Shown: positions 37,321 to 51,300 of the stretch, piece after piece | Position numbering within the stretch: the first letter of the stretch is position 1 | Layout: each line of letters opens with the position of its first letter | Assembly: GCF_039654945.1 (NCBI RefSeq) | Contig: NW_027361684.1 | Span: 39,928,001 to 39,992,000 of the forward strand | Direction of reading: 5' to 3' | DNA length: 64,000 nt | Origin: Dendrobates tinctorius | Taxonomy: Eukaryota | Notes under the pieces: generated by a model | Database searches by the model: none | What the model saw: only the letters and a program-made list of their open reading frames with translations | What the model was told of the DNA's origin: nothing | Translations under genes and position numbers: made by a program

Positions 37321-38212
37321 TAAGGTCCAGACGAAGATCTTACTAGCAATGATTTGTGGACAGTAGTACCAGCAGGAGAATTCTGCGCTTCCTTGTGTCC
37401 CTTGGCCTATTGGATCTCCATTGTCCTCCTTAGAAACGTCCTTTTTCTGCTTTGGCATTTTCTTCTAACTATATTCAGAATAGGGAAACCACATTACCCA
37501 GGGATGAGATGCATTCACAGCTTTAATGTGTAAGGACCTAGACTGGATTACACAGGCTGACGCCTCTTCTACATGAACACCCAGCAAAATGAAAGCAAAA
37601 CAAATGTGAAATGGCATCGAGCCACTAAACGTTATCAGACTTTGGAAGAATATTAGAAAAGCATCATCTTCAGTATCCAGAACTTCACATCCCAGTGTTA
37701 TCTTGCAGCACTGACCGTTATCCGTTTCCGTCTTGCTCGGAGCATTCATCAGACAGTAGGCACTAATGCAATCAGTACATTTCCAGGTACTCTTGTTAAA
37801 CTAGACTAGATGTCATTTTAAAGGGGATGTCCAGCATTAGGCTCATGTTTGTATGTCCAGTAATGATTCGTTAGAACAGATCCAGCGGAATTTCGTTAGA
37901 AAAAAGTTGTACTGATAACCTTTTAGTCGTTATTCACTTACTGATCTCTGCCAGATCTGTTTTTCTTTTACATTGGAGTCAATGAGCAACAGATCCATTA
38001 ATTAATGCAGCATCCGTTGTCATCTATTTCTAGAAAAATCAAGATCATGTAATAAATCATGGTAAATCACATAACTGCGGTCACATGACCACCCGCTTCT
38101 GGCGCCAGGGAATCCTCATAACGAGCAGTGCATGCGCTGTGAAGATTCACAAGTCTGCAGTTACATAGAAGTGACTGCAGGCTTGTGCCCTAAAGCCGGA
38201 CAACCCCTTTAA

Positions 38213-38657
38213 GGGTAGTTTCACATTTGCGTTTAAGGCCGCAGCGACGGCCTGCGCATGACCGCCGCTAAGCCCCGCCCCTGCCACACCTCCGCCAGTA
38301 GCTCCGCCTACGGGCGGATGACGCTGCATGCGTCCTCTATCTTTACCACTGGGGACACAGGCCGTTCGCAGGTATGCGTTTGGCGGCGCATGCGTCCTTT
38401 TGAAGCGCCGACCGCACCAAATTGCAACAGGTTGCGTTTGGCGCTGGTCGGCGCAGCGTCAAAAGGACGCATGCACCGCCAAACGCATACCTGCGCACAG
38501 CCTGCATCCCCAGTGCTAAAGATAGGGGACGCAGGACGCATGCAGCGTCATGCGCCCGTAGGCGGAGCTACCGGAGGAGGTGCTGCAGGGGGCGGGGCTT
38601 AGCGGCGGCCGTGCGCAGCCCGACGCTGCGGCCTTAAACGTAAATGTGAAACTACCC
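38213..38657. mobile_element. Palindromic family C-related MITE downstream of the SARM1 stop
   Basis: TIR GGGTAGTTTCACATTT, TAA TSD; arms pair along the whole length with scattered mismatches. Confidence 0.88.
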
Positions 38658-39590
38658 TAAATGTGATAAATTTTCAAGAACAATAGTTAGACCGATTAAA
38701 ACGACCCAGATAGGGTGCCAAGGGATTCTGATCCTATATCTTTATCTTTTCCCCCTTTTGTCTTTACTTCTCTATACATATGAAAGTAAAAGTATGTTCT
38801 CTCACTAGACTGTTATGCCACATTCACTAGCTATGCAGTAACAAATTGATCATGAGTGTCAGAATAATATGAATTTTATGGATTCATGCATGTGCTGCTC
38901 CTCTACTTTACAACATCTGACATCAGATTTCACAATACAGCCTACATACGATATTAAATAAACCTGATGAACTTATTATAAACCCCATGTCATATTACAT
39001 GAGCATTTTATGACTCATCTAGACTTGGATTCACAAAGACTTGGACTCATAACATCCTCAGCATAAAACTAATCAAAAAGGGTTATACAGCCATTCTGAC
39101 ATGAATGACAGTATGTTTAATAATATATTGCACTTTATATTGTGAAATCTGGTGACAGATCCACTTGTAATACATACTTAAAGGATTATTCTAAATTTCA
39201 TATATGGGTATTGTCAGATAGTGCTTGTAAATACATGCACGTTTACAATTTACTGCTTATTAAAAGTTTAAGTCATTCTTGAGATGTGAAAAAATTTATT
39301 TTGTTTACAGTCTCGTTGCCTAAGAGACTGACCACCACTGCTGCCTCGATTTTAAGTATTGTGCTTCACAACAGCACTTACAATCTCAATAGAAAAGAGC
39401 TTGTAAGCACTGTGTGTGTTCTACTGTCTAGCATCAAAGAGCAGTCTCCAAGGCAATGAGCTGTGAACAAAAGAAGAGAAAATTGTTCGTGTCTCAAGAA
39501 CGGCATAAAACTTTAATAAGCAGTATATTGCAAAATGGCTTGTATTTACAAGCACTATCTGATAATTCTCATTTATTAAGATGGGAAGAG

Positions 39591-41193
39591 AAAGTGAAAC
39601 TCAAATTTTATAGCGTCATTACAAACAGGGTGATCTCTTTCAAGTGTTTATTTCTGTTAATGTTGATGATTATGGCTTACAGCCAATGAAAACCCAAAAG
39701 TCATCATCTCAGTAAATTAGATAATTTACAAAAAAAAAACCCTGCAAAGGCTTCTTAAGCATTTAAAAATGTCCCTTAGTCTGTTTCAGTAGACTCCACA
39801 GTCATGGGGAAGACTGCTGACTTGACAGATGTCCAGAAGGCAGTCATTGACACACTCCACAAGGACGGTAAGCCACAAAAGGTCAGTGCTAAAGAAGCTG
39901 GCTGTTCACAGAGTGCTGTATCCAAGCATATTAACGGAAAGCTGAGTGGAAAGAAAAAGTGTGGTAGAAAAAGATGCATAAGAAACCGGGATAACCACAG
40001 CCTTGAAAGGATTGTTTAGAAAAGGCCATTCAAAAGTTTTTGGGAGATTCACAAGGAGTGGACTGCTGCTGGAGTCATTGGAGGTCCCAGAGTCTGGAGG
40101 AAGAGTGGAGAGGCCACAATCCAAGCTGCTTGAGGTCTAGTGTGAAGTTTCCACAATCAGTGATGGTTTGGGGAGCCATGTCATCTTCTGGTGTAGGCCT
40201 GTTTCACAGTTTTTTTTGTCAGTTAAAATCCGCTAAAATGGTGGACAACGGATCCGTTCCTGTCCTGACCACAACGTTTGGCACCGGACAGTTTTAACGG
40301 AAGAATTTTAAAGAGAGAGAGAATTTTTTATCAGCCGCCAGAACAGGGTTTAGGGTTAAATTTGTGGCCGAGGCAAATCCTCCGGGCATGCGCAATGTAA
40401 AATGTGGATCCTGCCGCCCGAAAAAACGTTGCATTGTCCGTCCAGGCATGTCGGCGGACGCCAAAATTTTGGCGGATCCGCAAAAAAACGGATCCAACTG
40501 ATGGCCATCCGTCAAGATCCGCCGGTAATGCAACTCAATGGGAAAAAAAGCGGATACGCCAATCAAAATGGCGGATCTGTTTTTTTTGCAAAATGGCGGA
40601 TTTTGACTGATGGGGATAAACGGATGTGTGAAACAGGCCGTAGATGCACTGAGTTTTATCAAGACCAAAGTCAGCGCAGCCATCTACCAGGAAATTTTAG
40701 GGCACTTTATGCTTCCCTCTGCCGACAAGCTTTTTGGAGATGGAAATTTCATTCTCCAGCAGGACTTGGCACCTGTCCACACTGACAAAAGTACCAATAC
40801 CTGGTTTAAAAACAACAGTATCACTGTGATTGATTGGACAGAAAACTCACCTAACCTTAGCCACATAGAGAATCTATGGGGTATTGTCAAGAGGAAGATG
40901 AGAGACACCAGACCCAACAATGCAGGCAGACGAGCTGAAGGCTGCTATCAAAGCAACCTGGGCTTCCATAACATCTCAGCACTGCCACAGACTGATCGCC
41001 TCCATGCCACGCCGCATTGATGCAGTAATTAATGCAAAAGGAGCCCGACCAAGTACTGAGTGTATTTACTGATCATACATTTCAGTAGGCCAACATTTTG
41101 GAATTTAAAATCATTTTTCAAGCTGGTGTTATAAAGTATTCTAATTTACTGAGATAATGACTTTTGTTATTCTAATTTTGTGAGAAGCACGTG
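39591..41193 (+). mobile_element. Tc1 transposon of the same family as 58744-60471; deleted, left end truncated
   Basis: MGKTADLTDVQKAVIDTLHK at 39804; colinear with the 58.7-60.5 kb copy; right end GTGAGAAGCACGTG; interrupted by MITE 40196-40639. Confidence 0.88.
40196..40639. mobile_element. Family B MITE inserted into a Tc1
   Basis: TIR GGCCTGTTTCACA, GTA TSD; the empty site is visible in the sister Tc1 at about 59800. Confidence 0.88.
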
Positions 41194-44100
41194 TGTGTGT
41201 GTGTATATATATTTATTATATTTTTAAATCTGGTGACAGACCTACTCTAAAGTCATGCATAGCAGCCATTCTGACAAATGCAAATCTGTATTATTTATCT
41301 GTAAAAATAAGTGATTCGGAGAAATGTTCTACTTTCAGTTTGCAGGATGAAGGCATGCCAGTGTGATAATATTGTGTGCCATCATTATCATTATTATCAT
41401 GATAGAAACTAGCTCGGGTATCTGAACATAAAGAAATCACTGACTACCTAACCTCAGAAATACTTCTAAAGGACTCAATCATTTGTATAAAAATCGGATA
41501 AGTGCAATCTGCTAAAAAAAAAAAATATAATCGCTTTGCACTCCGACTAATGTTATTCACTAATTCAGTGCTCATCTGTGATTTTTTTTTACTCGGCTAG
41601 AATCTGGATGGGAAAAAAATTGCAGCATACAGAGAGTGGCAGCGTATATCGGGCGAGACTCGTTTACGCAAGCCAATGGGTGCGAGAAAAAAGAAACAGA
41701 AGGCATCCGGAAGTCTTCTGCTCTTCCAATCATGCGCAGTACAACTCTTCTGAGGCTGGCACGCGTACACCAGGCTTCAGAGGATCAGTGCCGTGAGGGA
41801 AAGAGATATGTATAGCGCTGGCGATGACACCGGTGCTTGTAAGTCACGTTACACCTATAGGGGCATGATAACACGCTAAGTGTGCCGACTAATCTGGGGA
41901 CACTAATGCCTCATCAAGTTGTCAAATGCCTCATTTACATATCATTGATGGATTTTACAAATACTATTTCTAAAGATCTTTTTGTGTGTGTAGTGTAATA
42001 AAGGGACTGTTAGGCAGGGTATACAGGGTATACCGGGTATGTAGATACAACTGCTGGGGGCACAGGGGACCTGACAGATTCCCGTTAAATGTTTTCTGCT
42101 CGCCCCAAGACAAGAAGTAGTGAAGTAATAGAGAGGTCACAGAGGAGACGACAGCAGAGAATTATCACCACTTCTGTCTCCTCTTTTTCACAGCTGTAAT
42201 GGATGCTACTATTGGACAACTAAGGAAGGATAAAGGAAATCCTATTTATTAGTCCATATCGAAATGGAGGGGCGACCCTGGGAGCATGAGTAAAAGCTCA
42301 GTTTGTTATAAGTCTGCAAGCCTTTGGGCCAATAAAATGTGTAACAAGACAACCCCTATCAGGCCTGGTCAATGGAGGGTTAAAGTAAAATGAAAGGTCC
42401 TATAATTGCAATATGGGATAATACCTATCGGTCGTGACAGCTTACAAGTCTTTATGTAAATATATATTTTTTTTAAATAAAAAAGGACCGCAATGATAGA
42501 TGAACATCAGATGTTCGGTCCGTCAGCACCGGCTATTCTGCTTGTTGACGCAGTACAGGAAGCAACAACTTCCTCTCTATATTGTAGAGCGTTATAATCA
42601 CAAAATGTAATCAGCGCAAAGGTAAAAAGGCAAGATGTTCACCGACTATAGGACCTTATGTAAGCCAAATATGAAAGAACACATCGCAGTTTATTAGACC
42701 TGTAATAGCCATCAGTAAGTTGAAGTCATCATTACTACCACAGGTAACAGATTACTTTTCCTTTGGGGCAGTTTTGATTTGTTCACTGAGGTTTAATGAT
42801 AATGCCATGTTATGTGATCATTTCTAACACAAGAGAAGCAGTCGGACAGCTCGCTGTGCAGCACTACGGTGCGGTGAGTTATTAGGTATTATTTGGCCCC
42901 AAATTTTATGTTACTGCTGATACCAATATTTTTTGCAATATAACAGTGTCACCTGAACTCTGATGCATTTTCTTACACCTGAATTAGAAGGAAAAGGAGC
43001 TCTTAAAAGTTTAGAAGCTTTGTCATTTCTTTCTTTCTATATCCGTGAAAAACACTGAAGACCCAGTGAAGATAAAAACAGACACACAGACGACATATAG
43101 TGATGGGCGAGCATGCTCGTGTGCTAACAGAGTCTTCGGCGTGCTCGAAAAATATGTTCTAGTCCCTGCAGCTGCATATCTCATGGCTGTTCGACAGCTG
43201 CAACACTTGTGGACTGTCTAACAAACAGGCAATCCCTGCATGTGTTGCAGCTGTTGAACATCCAAAACACATGCCGCCACGTTGGGGACTGGAACATATT
43301 TTTCGAGCACGCTGAAGACACTCCATTACCACACGAGCATGCTCGGATAACTCCTTATCAGAGGATGTTCGACATTCTGATGACACAGAGGATGGCACTC
43401 GGATGTTATCAGAGTGCAGTCTGATTACTGCGGACGTCAGCCATGGAGGAGATTGAGAAATTACTCTCTCAGTCTCCTCTGCACCTGTGTTGTGATTTTC
43501 TCATGCACACGGACCCTCGACTCAAATTCTGACAGAGTGTGAGCTGAGTGTAATTTGCATAATCGACCCCGATTCTCTCGCACGAGAGAACATACGCTCA
43601 GATGACCCCGGCTTAAGTTTCATTCAGATGCTATCCATGGTGCATAATGCCCGTATTGATATATATGGTTCAGTAAAACTGCATGAGACCCAGATGATGT
43701 GTAATATGGGCTCTAACTTGCAGCCCCATTATAGGAACAGATGCAATCATTATGGAGGTCAAGATCTGGCCATCATGTCTAGTCGTATAGGTTATAAGCA
43801 ATTGTTCTGCATGTGAAGCACACAAAGCAGTGATGGGCCTGTTGGTGCCTCTGTAATCAAGCTTCTCCTTACTAAAGAAGAAATGGTCGCATAATGCAAT
43901 ATGACTATGTAGAGATGTAAATACATTTCTAACCCTCTATCTGCATGTACAGTAAACCTGTGATGAGTAACCAACCTTGGTTTATGCTGTCCTGAATAAT
44001 GAAATTCTTCAGGTAACCAGACTCTGCCTTAAATGCCAGAGCTCGGGAAATGGCAATCAGGATAAAACCCTTTCCTTGTGGCCTTTTTTTTCAGATTGTA

Positions 44101-44210
44101 ATTTTTATCTCAAGTTTTTTTTTTTTTTATATATATATATATATATATGAACTGTAAACATTTAATGTCCAGCATCTCAATACTCTGTCCCTTTATGTCC
44201 TAACATTTCC

Positions 44211-44216
44211 AATAAA
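44211..44216 (+). terminator. Candidate distal poly(A) signal of SARM1
   Basis: AATAAA after a unique T-rich/TGTA-containing stretch (44080-44210) and just before an old Tc1 relic. Other AATAAA hexamers occur upstream, so usage is unproven. Confidence 0.3.
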
Positions 44217-44239
44217 GGCTGTTACGAAACTACGTAGAG

Positions 44240-45530
44240 AAACATCTGTTTACTTAGTGTGCAAATGTTTTCTGATCAGGTCTTTATCAATTATAAGCAT
44301 TTCATAAGTTTTTACACTTTTATTGCCAAATACATCAAGTTTGTGAAAAGTCTCATTATTTACATTGTTGCCCCTTCGTTTTCCAGACTTCTGCAATGTG
44401 CCCTGCCATGCGAGATACCAACTTCTGGGACAAATCATCACTGATGAGGTCCCACTCTTGTCTACTCAGTGCTTAGAATTTATCACAATTTCTCTGCTTT
44501 TGTCTGTTCACCCACTTTTAGAGGATTGTCCGCAGGTTCTCAAAGGGATAGAGATTTGGTGAGTATCGTGGGCATGGACCCAACATTTCAATACCTTGAT
44601 CACTAAGGCACTTAGCTATCCCTTTTGCCTTGTGACACAGTCTACATCAGGCTGGAAAACCATTGTTCATCACCAAATTTCTCCTGAATTGTTGGTATAA
44701 GTTGTTTTTAGAGGATGTTTAGCGAACATTATTTATTTATGGCAGTGTTCTTAGCCAAAATTGTGATCCCACGCCACTGGATGAAAAGCCCCCACACATG
44801 AATGGCCTCAGGATGCTTTACTGTTGGCACAACATACAAGGCTCACGGTAGCAATCACCTTTTCTTCTTCGATCATTCTTCATGATGTCCCAGTCTGAAA
44901 GGGGCTTTAACAGAGAAAATAACTTTACCAACATCCAATCCCAGAATGTGAGTCCTTGATAGTTTTCCTGGAGAGAAGTGGCTTCTTTGCTGCCCTTCTT
45001 GACACCAGGTCAGCCTCCATCTCACTGTGAGTGCAGATGCACTGACATCTGTCTCTGCTCTGAGTAAGCTCTGCACTGGTGCAAAACAGATACCATAGCT
45101 GAATCCTCTTTAGGAAATGGTCCTAGCACATTCTAGATTTTCTTAGGTACCCTGAAGCTTTATTCACAGCAGTTGAATTCTCACTTTGAAGATCCAATAG
45201 TTGATTTAGGAGCAAAGCATCGATAACTACATGTGTTCCTCTGAAAGTAACCATGGTTAAGAGAAGAAAACAATGGATACAAGCACCAGTTCCCTTTTAA
45301 AGACATCAAGTCTGATATTGTAATTCAATCAGCATAACAGAATGATATCAGCTGCCTTGTCCTTGTTAACACTTTCTCCGTAGAAAACAAGATGATCACT
45401 GAAATGGTTTGAGCAGGTCTTCCTGTAGCAAAGCTGAAATTTGGGGTATCAAGTTAATTTTCATTGCAAGGAATGACTACTACAAATGTTTCACAATTAA
45501 TGTGATCACACTTCACAACATCTGGAGTTA
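44240..45530 (-). mobile_element. Old, highly decayed Tc1 relic
   Basis: Remnants on the minus strand of the P-x-SP-x-L-x-P-x-E-x-L motif (about 44530-44580), catalytic-region motifs, and KKPL (agaagtggcttctt). Confidence 0.55.
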
Positions 45531-46348
45531 AAGGGCGTCTACCAGCACAGAGTGACTGTGTAAATCAAGTTCAGGCACTTGGTGCATCATTCAGAGACCA
45601 GTATTTAGTATTCTCCCATTAATGTTTATAAACCATAAACAGGAACCTACAGAGAGAAAAACTATAATTGCAAGATTTACACCTCTTGTGTTTTGGAGCC
45701 ACAGCTGATTTTGGCTTACAAACACTGACGTGAATAAGGCTCGGCCTATACCCACACTTTTTATAGCACTGATTCATTATAATCAGCTGCAGTCCAATGG
45801 AACATCCTGGATTGTATGTGATCGTGTGGACTGAAGCAGACAGTTGAGTTATAGAATTACTGAGAACAAAGCCCTGAGAAGGAAGGGGGTGATCACACTG
45901 GGGTAATCAAAGTTCTGCCGCAACCTCCTCCTGTAATGCCATATTAAGGCATATTGGGAAGATAACATGATAAACTTTAAAAATCAAGTTATAAAATCTT
46001 TCCCTGTAAAGGCTTTATGGTTAGACGCCATTAGTTCAATATGCAACATTTTTCTGGAAGAAAACTCAACTATAGGAAATGAGTGTTGTTTCCATGCGGC
46101 CTACAGGGATATTATGTAGAGGATCTCTCTTTGTGGATTATTTGCTTGCTGGAAATCCACTGCCTATTACAGTAGTAGTGTTCTGAATTACATTTCATCA
46201 ATCCTGCCCCAGTGGATATAAAATCTGTATCATGTCAAAATATGCTACTGATATCACCCACCGCAATAGGCAAAACGTGCAGCAAATTCAGCGCCATTTC
46301 TGCAACACATTTTGTTGTGGATTCTTACCTGCAGAAAGGTCTCTTGGG

Positions 46349-46516
46349 GCCTGTCTCTCTATCTTCATAGGGTTTTTTTTTAATTTTCCCCTTTTCCCTC
46401 TTTTTTCCTAGTTATTCTTGTTCCTCTCCCTTTATACCTTTCCTTCCTACCTATTGTTTCCTATATTTACCCGAACCCTAAAAATTTCATAAAACCCAAT
46501 AAAAATTTATTGGAAA
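46349..46516 (+). mobile_element. Short 5'-truncated L1-like 3' end
   Basis: 16-bp direct repeat AGAAAGGTCTCTTGGG (46333-46348, 46517-46532) flanks a pyrimidine-rich insert ending AATAAAAATTTATTGGAAA. Confidence 0.7.
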
Positions 46517-46824
46517 AGAAAGGTCTCTTGGGAAAGTATCCTTATTTTACCAAGACAAAAGAAGAGGAAACAAAATTAAAATAAAAAAAGCAGTGGGAGC
46601 AAACACAAAGATCAATCTGACGGATACTGAAATTGATCCTATTTGTTAGAAATGTGCGTCTCTGGGGGCGTGGCCTGGACCTCATGTAGGGAGGACGTGG
46701 AGTGAGAGAGCTCCTGCCCGGATCCGACAATAAATCCTGATTACCGGCACTGCTGACGAGTCCCACTGACCTGGAGGGCTGCAATATCTCCCTGGGCGTT
46801 TAGACGGCGGAGGATCCTTGGGCC

Positions 46825-47922
46825 ATGTCGAACCGCAGCAGTAAAAAAGATAAGGAGACGCCGGGGCGCGCCTCTGCTACATCCAGGATGGCACCAGCAA
46901 ACAACAAGTCGGCTGGTAGTGGAGCGATGGGAGCTGCTGGCAGGCTGGAACGATATGCAAGGGTGCCTCCTGCTGCTGCTCGATCGCCCAGTGCACAGAC
47001 TGAGGCAGACGCTGGATGCAGCATGGAGCTGGAGGATCATCTCTCCAGGGAGGGAACAGTGAGTAAACTGGGCCCCCCTTCAGCCCAACATGTGCAGACA
47101 CAGGGGCCTGTGCTGGAGGAGGAAGGAGTGGGGGATGGGGAGCAGCCGGAGTCTGTGACTGCTGAGCCCACACTGGGAGAAATCCTTGCAGCAATTAACT
47201 CCTGCAATACCACACTGGCCACTCTAAGTAATCAAATGGAGATTGTCACCAAGGACATGGCCTGTATTAAACAAGAGCTGCGAGGGGTGACTGCCAGGGT
47301 GGGGGAACTGGAGGAGCGTGTTGGTGCGACGGAGGATAAATTGCCACCAATAACACGGGAGCTGGGAAAAGCCACGCAAAATATTACAATACTGCTGAAC
47401 AAGGTGGATGATTTAGAGAACCGCTCCCGTAGAAGTAATCTGCGACTGGTGGGGGTTCCGGAGAGGACGGAGGGGACTGACTCACTTGGCTTTTTTGAAA
47501 AATGACTAATGGACACCTTTGGTAAAGATGTTTTGTCCCCATTCTTTACTATTGAGAGAGCACACAGGGTCCCTACGCGTGCCCCCCCGCCGGGAGCACC
47601 CCCGCGTCCCATCTTGCTTAAGCTCCTACACTTTAAAGATAGAGATGCTATCCTGCGCAGATCCAGAGACATTAAGGAACTTGCTATTAATGGGAGGAAA
47701 GTCTCCATTTTCCCTGATTTTTCCCTGGAGGTGCAGCGTAAAAGGGCGCAATTTATTGAGATTAAAAAACGCCTACGTGACTTACAGGTGACATATTCCA
47801 TGATGTACCCTGCTAGACTGCGGATTGATGTGAATGGAGAAACGCACTTTTTTGATACGGCGGGAATGGCGCTGTCCTGGCTGGATATTAATGAGAGGTC
47901 CATGAGGAGGAAGAATACTTGA
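46825..47922 (+). pseudogene. L1 ORF1p (coiled coil, RRM, CTD) with one in-frame TGA at 47503-47505
   Basis: DLENRSRRSNLRLVGVPE, IERAHRV, PRPILLKLLHFKDRDAIL, IFPDFS, YPARLRI motifs. ORFs 46825-47505 and 47509-47922 share a frame (FFEK*LMD; TGG expected). Confidence 0.93.
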
Positions 47923-48362
47923 AGTTCTCCCTTTTTTCGCCACCAGGTGTTGTTACTCCTTTTTGTCTAGGACGCTATGCTGGTATAATTACTACTGTTC
48001 ATTCCATTTCGGATTCAGGGCGGGAGCTGACCGGATTGCTGTGGACACTCGTTACAGTGACAAGCTGTGGACCCTTCTCCCTGCATGGACTCTGGGCGAG
48101 TTTTCTAGCCCTGATTCTCTCTATTTGAGAGAAATGTGCAAGTTACACTTGTGTTTGGGGGTAGGGGCGCTGTGCACTGGTGTGCAGTGCTCCCTCTCCC
48201 TCCTTTGTTTTTTTCGTTTGTTGTTGTATTCCCTAATTGTTCTGTGGGATGTGAGGTGCGTCAGCCGTGTCGCCCAATTCATTGTACTGAGGGATGGTGG
48301 AGATTGCCTCTCTCCCTCGGGAGTGGAGTATGTTCCGATTTCTCATTTTTTAGTCTGCTCTT

Positions 48363-51300
48363 ATGGCGATATCACTTAATATTGTAGCGTGGAATGTTAG
48401 GGGGCTCGGGGATGCAAATAAGAGATGTGCTATATTTACTAATATGCAGAAATTTCTCCCGGCTATCCTGTGTATGTCTGAGACCCACATGGTGAAAGAT
48501 AATATTCATTGGCTAAGAAAGGGATGGGTTTCACATGAATATCATTCCACGTACTCGACCCATGCGCGGGGTGTCAGTGTGCTGGTGCACAGGTCCATCC
48601 CCTTCTCATGTACTAAATCAGTGGTTGACCCTGGGGGCAGATTTGTATGTTTGCTTTGCACGTTATACGGTATACAATTTATTTTGGTTGCCATATACAT
48701 CCCCCCGCCCTATTCAGTCGAACCAGTAAAAAGAATCTTGTCTATTTTGGGTTCCTTTCCCCCTGCGCCGACTCTTCTAATAGGAGATTTTAATACATAT
48801 TTGCATCCCTATTTGGATAAGTTGCATTCGGGAAACATATCAGAGGATGCAGCCTCAACCTCATTTGCTAGAACGTTAGTGGAGCTGGGTATGGTAGATC
48901 TTTGGCGTGTCCAAAACCCCACAGCCAGACAGTTTTCCTGCTACTCTAGCTCCCACCACGCTATGTCACGGATAGACCTGGCCATTGGGAATACACTCAT
49001 GACCCCATATGTACGAGGGGTGGCCTACCTGCCTAGAAGTGTATCTGATCACTCGCCGCTACATGTCACACTTTCATGGGGACACCCCCTCACCCTATCT
49101 AGACCTATCTGGAAGCTTAATCCCTTCTGGATCCAGCTTATAGGGGGATCTTTGCATGATGCCATTCTAGAATATTTTCAACTTAATGAGTACTCTGCAT
49201 CATCACACATAGTCTGGGATTCCATGAAAGCCTATGTCAGGGGCTTATATATTAGAGAAATATGCACACGGAAAAGCCAAAATAGACGCTACACCCAGAG
49301 TCTGATCCAGGAGGTGTCTGTTGCGGAGGCTGCGGTGATACTCAACCCGACAGAGGAAACTAAAAAAGCTTTGGAGAAGGCACAGGGGTCGCTCAGGGAA
49401 AACCTCATGTCGGCGGCAGCAAATAAACGTTATTTCCTCAAACAAAAATATTTTATAGAGGGGGAGGGAGTAGGACATTTATTGGCCACGGTCATTAGAG
49501 CACAGGACGGATCTTCATATATCAATAGGCTAAAAACGGACTCGGGTGGTCCTGTGACAGACAGTGTGGACATAGTGAGTGAGATAAGGAGGTATTATAT
49601 GCGACTATACACATCAGATTGCAGTCTCACGGAGACTGAGATTGAGCGGTACCTGGATGCTCTCTCTCTCCCTGCATTGGCTGATAGCGATAGGGATTCA
49701 TTGGATCGGGACATCCTGTTGGAGGAGTTGGAGGAGGCGCTTGGTCAGATGCAAAATGAAAAGGCTCCAGGAATGGATGGCCTGCCTGGCGAGTTTTACA
49801 AAACCTATGCACCCTTACTGCTACCTAAGCTACTTAAGGTATTTGAAGAGGCTGAAAGGCAGAGGGTCCTCCCGCCATCTATGAGGGAAGCTTTGATAGT
49901 TTTAATATTAAAGCCCGGAAAGGATCCAGAGGTTCCGGATTCATATTGCCCGATTTCCCTATTATCAACAGATGTTAAATTATTGGCCAAGGTACTCGCC
50001 AATAGGATGTCCCGAGTTATCTCATCTGTTATACAGAAGGATCAGACGGGATTTATCCCAGGCAGAGCCACATCTATGAACCTTAGGAAACTATACTTGG
50101 GGATTCAACATAGTTCTGGGGAGTTGGGGGGAAGAGCAATTTTGTCCTTAGACGCCGCTAAGGCGTTCGATAGTTTGGAGTGGGGTTTTTTGTGGGCGGT
50201 ACTTCGGAAAATGGGCTTTGGACACAGATTTATAAATTGGGTGAGGCTGTTGTATGGCTCGCCGGTGGCGAAGGTTGGGGCTAATGGCAGGGTCTCTGAG
50301 TCTTTTCCTCTTGGGAGAGGTACTAGACAGGGGTGCCCGCTCTCGCCCTTGCTATTTGCTACTGCGGTGGAGCCATTGGCAGTTGCAATTCGGAAGTCCA
50401 GAGAAATAATGGGATTCAGATGTGGAACTGTGGAGTTGAGGATATCATTGTACGCGGATGATTTACTTCTATATTTAGATAAGGTACATTCCTCGATTTT
50501 GCCGGCAATGGAGGTCATTCGAGAATTTGGGCTGAGGTCTGGTCTTCGGATTAATTGGTCCAAATCAGCTTTAATGCCGATAGACCCTCTCCCGGCGGAT
50601 TTCTCAGATTTGCAGATACCGGTCCCTGTAGTTCGGAGGTTTAAGTATCTGGGTATAATTGTTAGTCCTGCCCCGAAGGATTTTCGGGCTCTGAATCTGG
50701 AGCCCCTGTTGCAGCGATTTAGAGCAAAAGTACATACTTGGTGTCGCCTGCCGTTGTCGAATATTGGTAGATCTAACTTAATCAAAATGGTAATGATGCC
50801 ACAATTATTATATTTGATACATAATTCTCCGGTGTGGATCTGTAGGGACTTTTTTGCAAAAATAAATACATTATTCCGGGAATTAATTTGGAAGAAAAAA
50901 CAGGCTAGGATTCGCTTGGAGATACTGCAGCGAGGGAAGGAGGAGGGAGGATTGGCGGTGCCAAACCCATTCATATACTTTATAGCCTCCCAGATGCAAC
51001 ATCTTAAGGGTTGGGGTAGAGACGGGGCGTGTGACAATGGTGGTGATATTGTGAGGGAAGGATCGGTATGGAAAAATCCAGGGTGCCGGTTGGAGGTGGG
51101 AAGACGGCAGATAAATGGGGCACGATACCCCACGTTGGCTATGATTTTCAAGGTGTGGGATAGGGGTAAGTCTCTTTTGAAGATAAATGGGCCTACGGAA
51201 TTGTGGCCATTGTGGCGAAATCCGGATTTGCAAGAGATCAAAAAGCTGGTGGGGTTCGGAAGATGGGAAGATAAAGGGATTTATCTGGTGTCACAAATTT

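Noticed and set aside
46750-46790. CTGACGA in the L1 5' UTR as a hammerhead core
   Set aside because: No GAAA, stem III or matching stem I at the required spacing.
47503-47505. TGA in L1 ORF1 as programmed readthrough or selenocysteine
   Set aside because: It falls where Trp is expected, so a single TGG>TGA change is simpler. The TGA-CTA context is readthrough-permissive, so low-level leak is not excluded, but nothing suggests it is programmed.
50105-51241. 378-aa antisense ORF inside L1 ORF2
   Set aside because: Shadow frame of ORF2 with no recognisable motifs.
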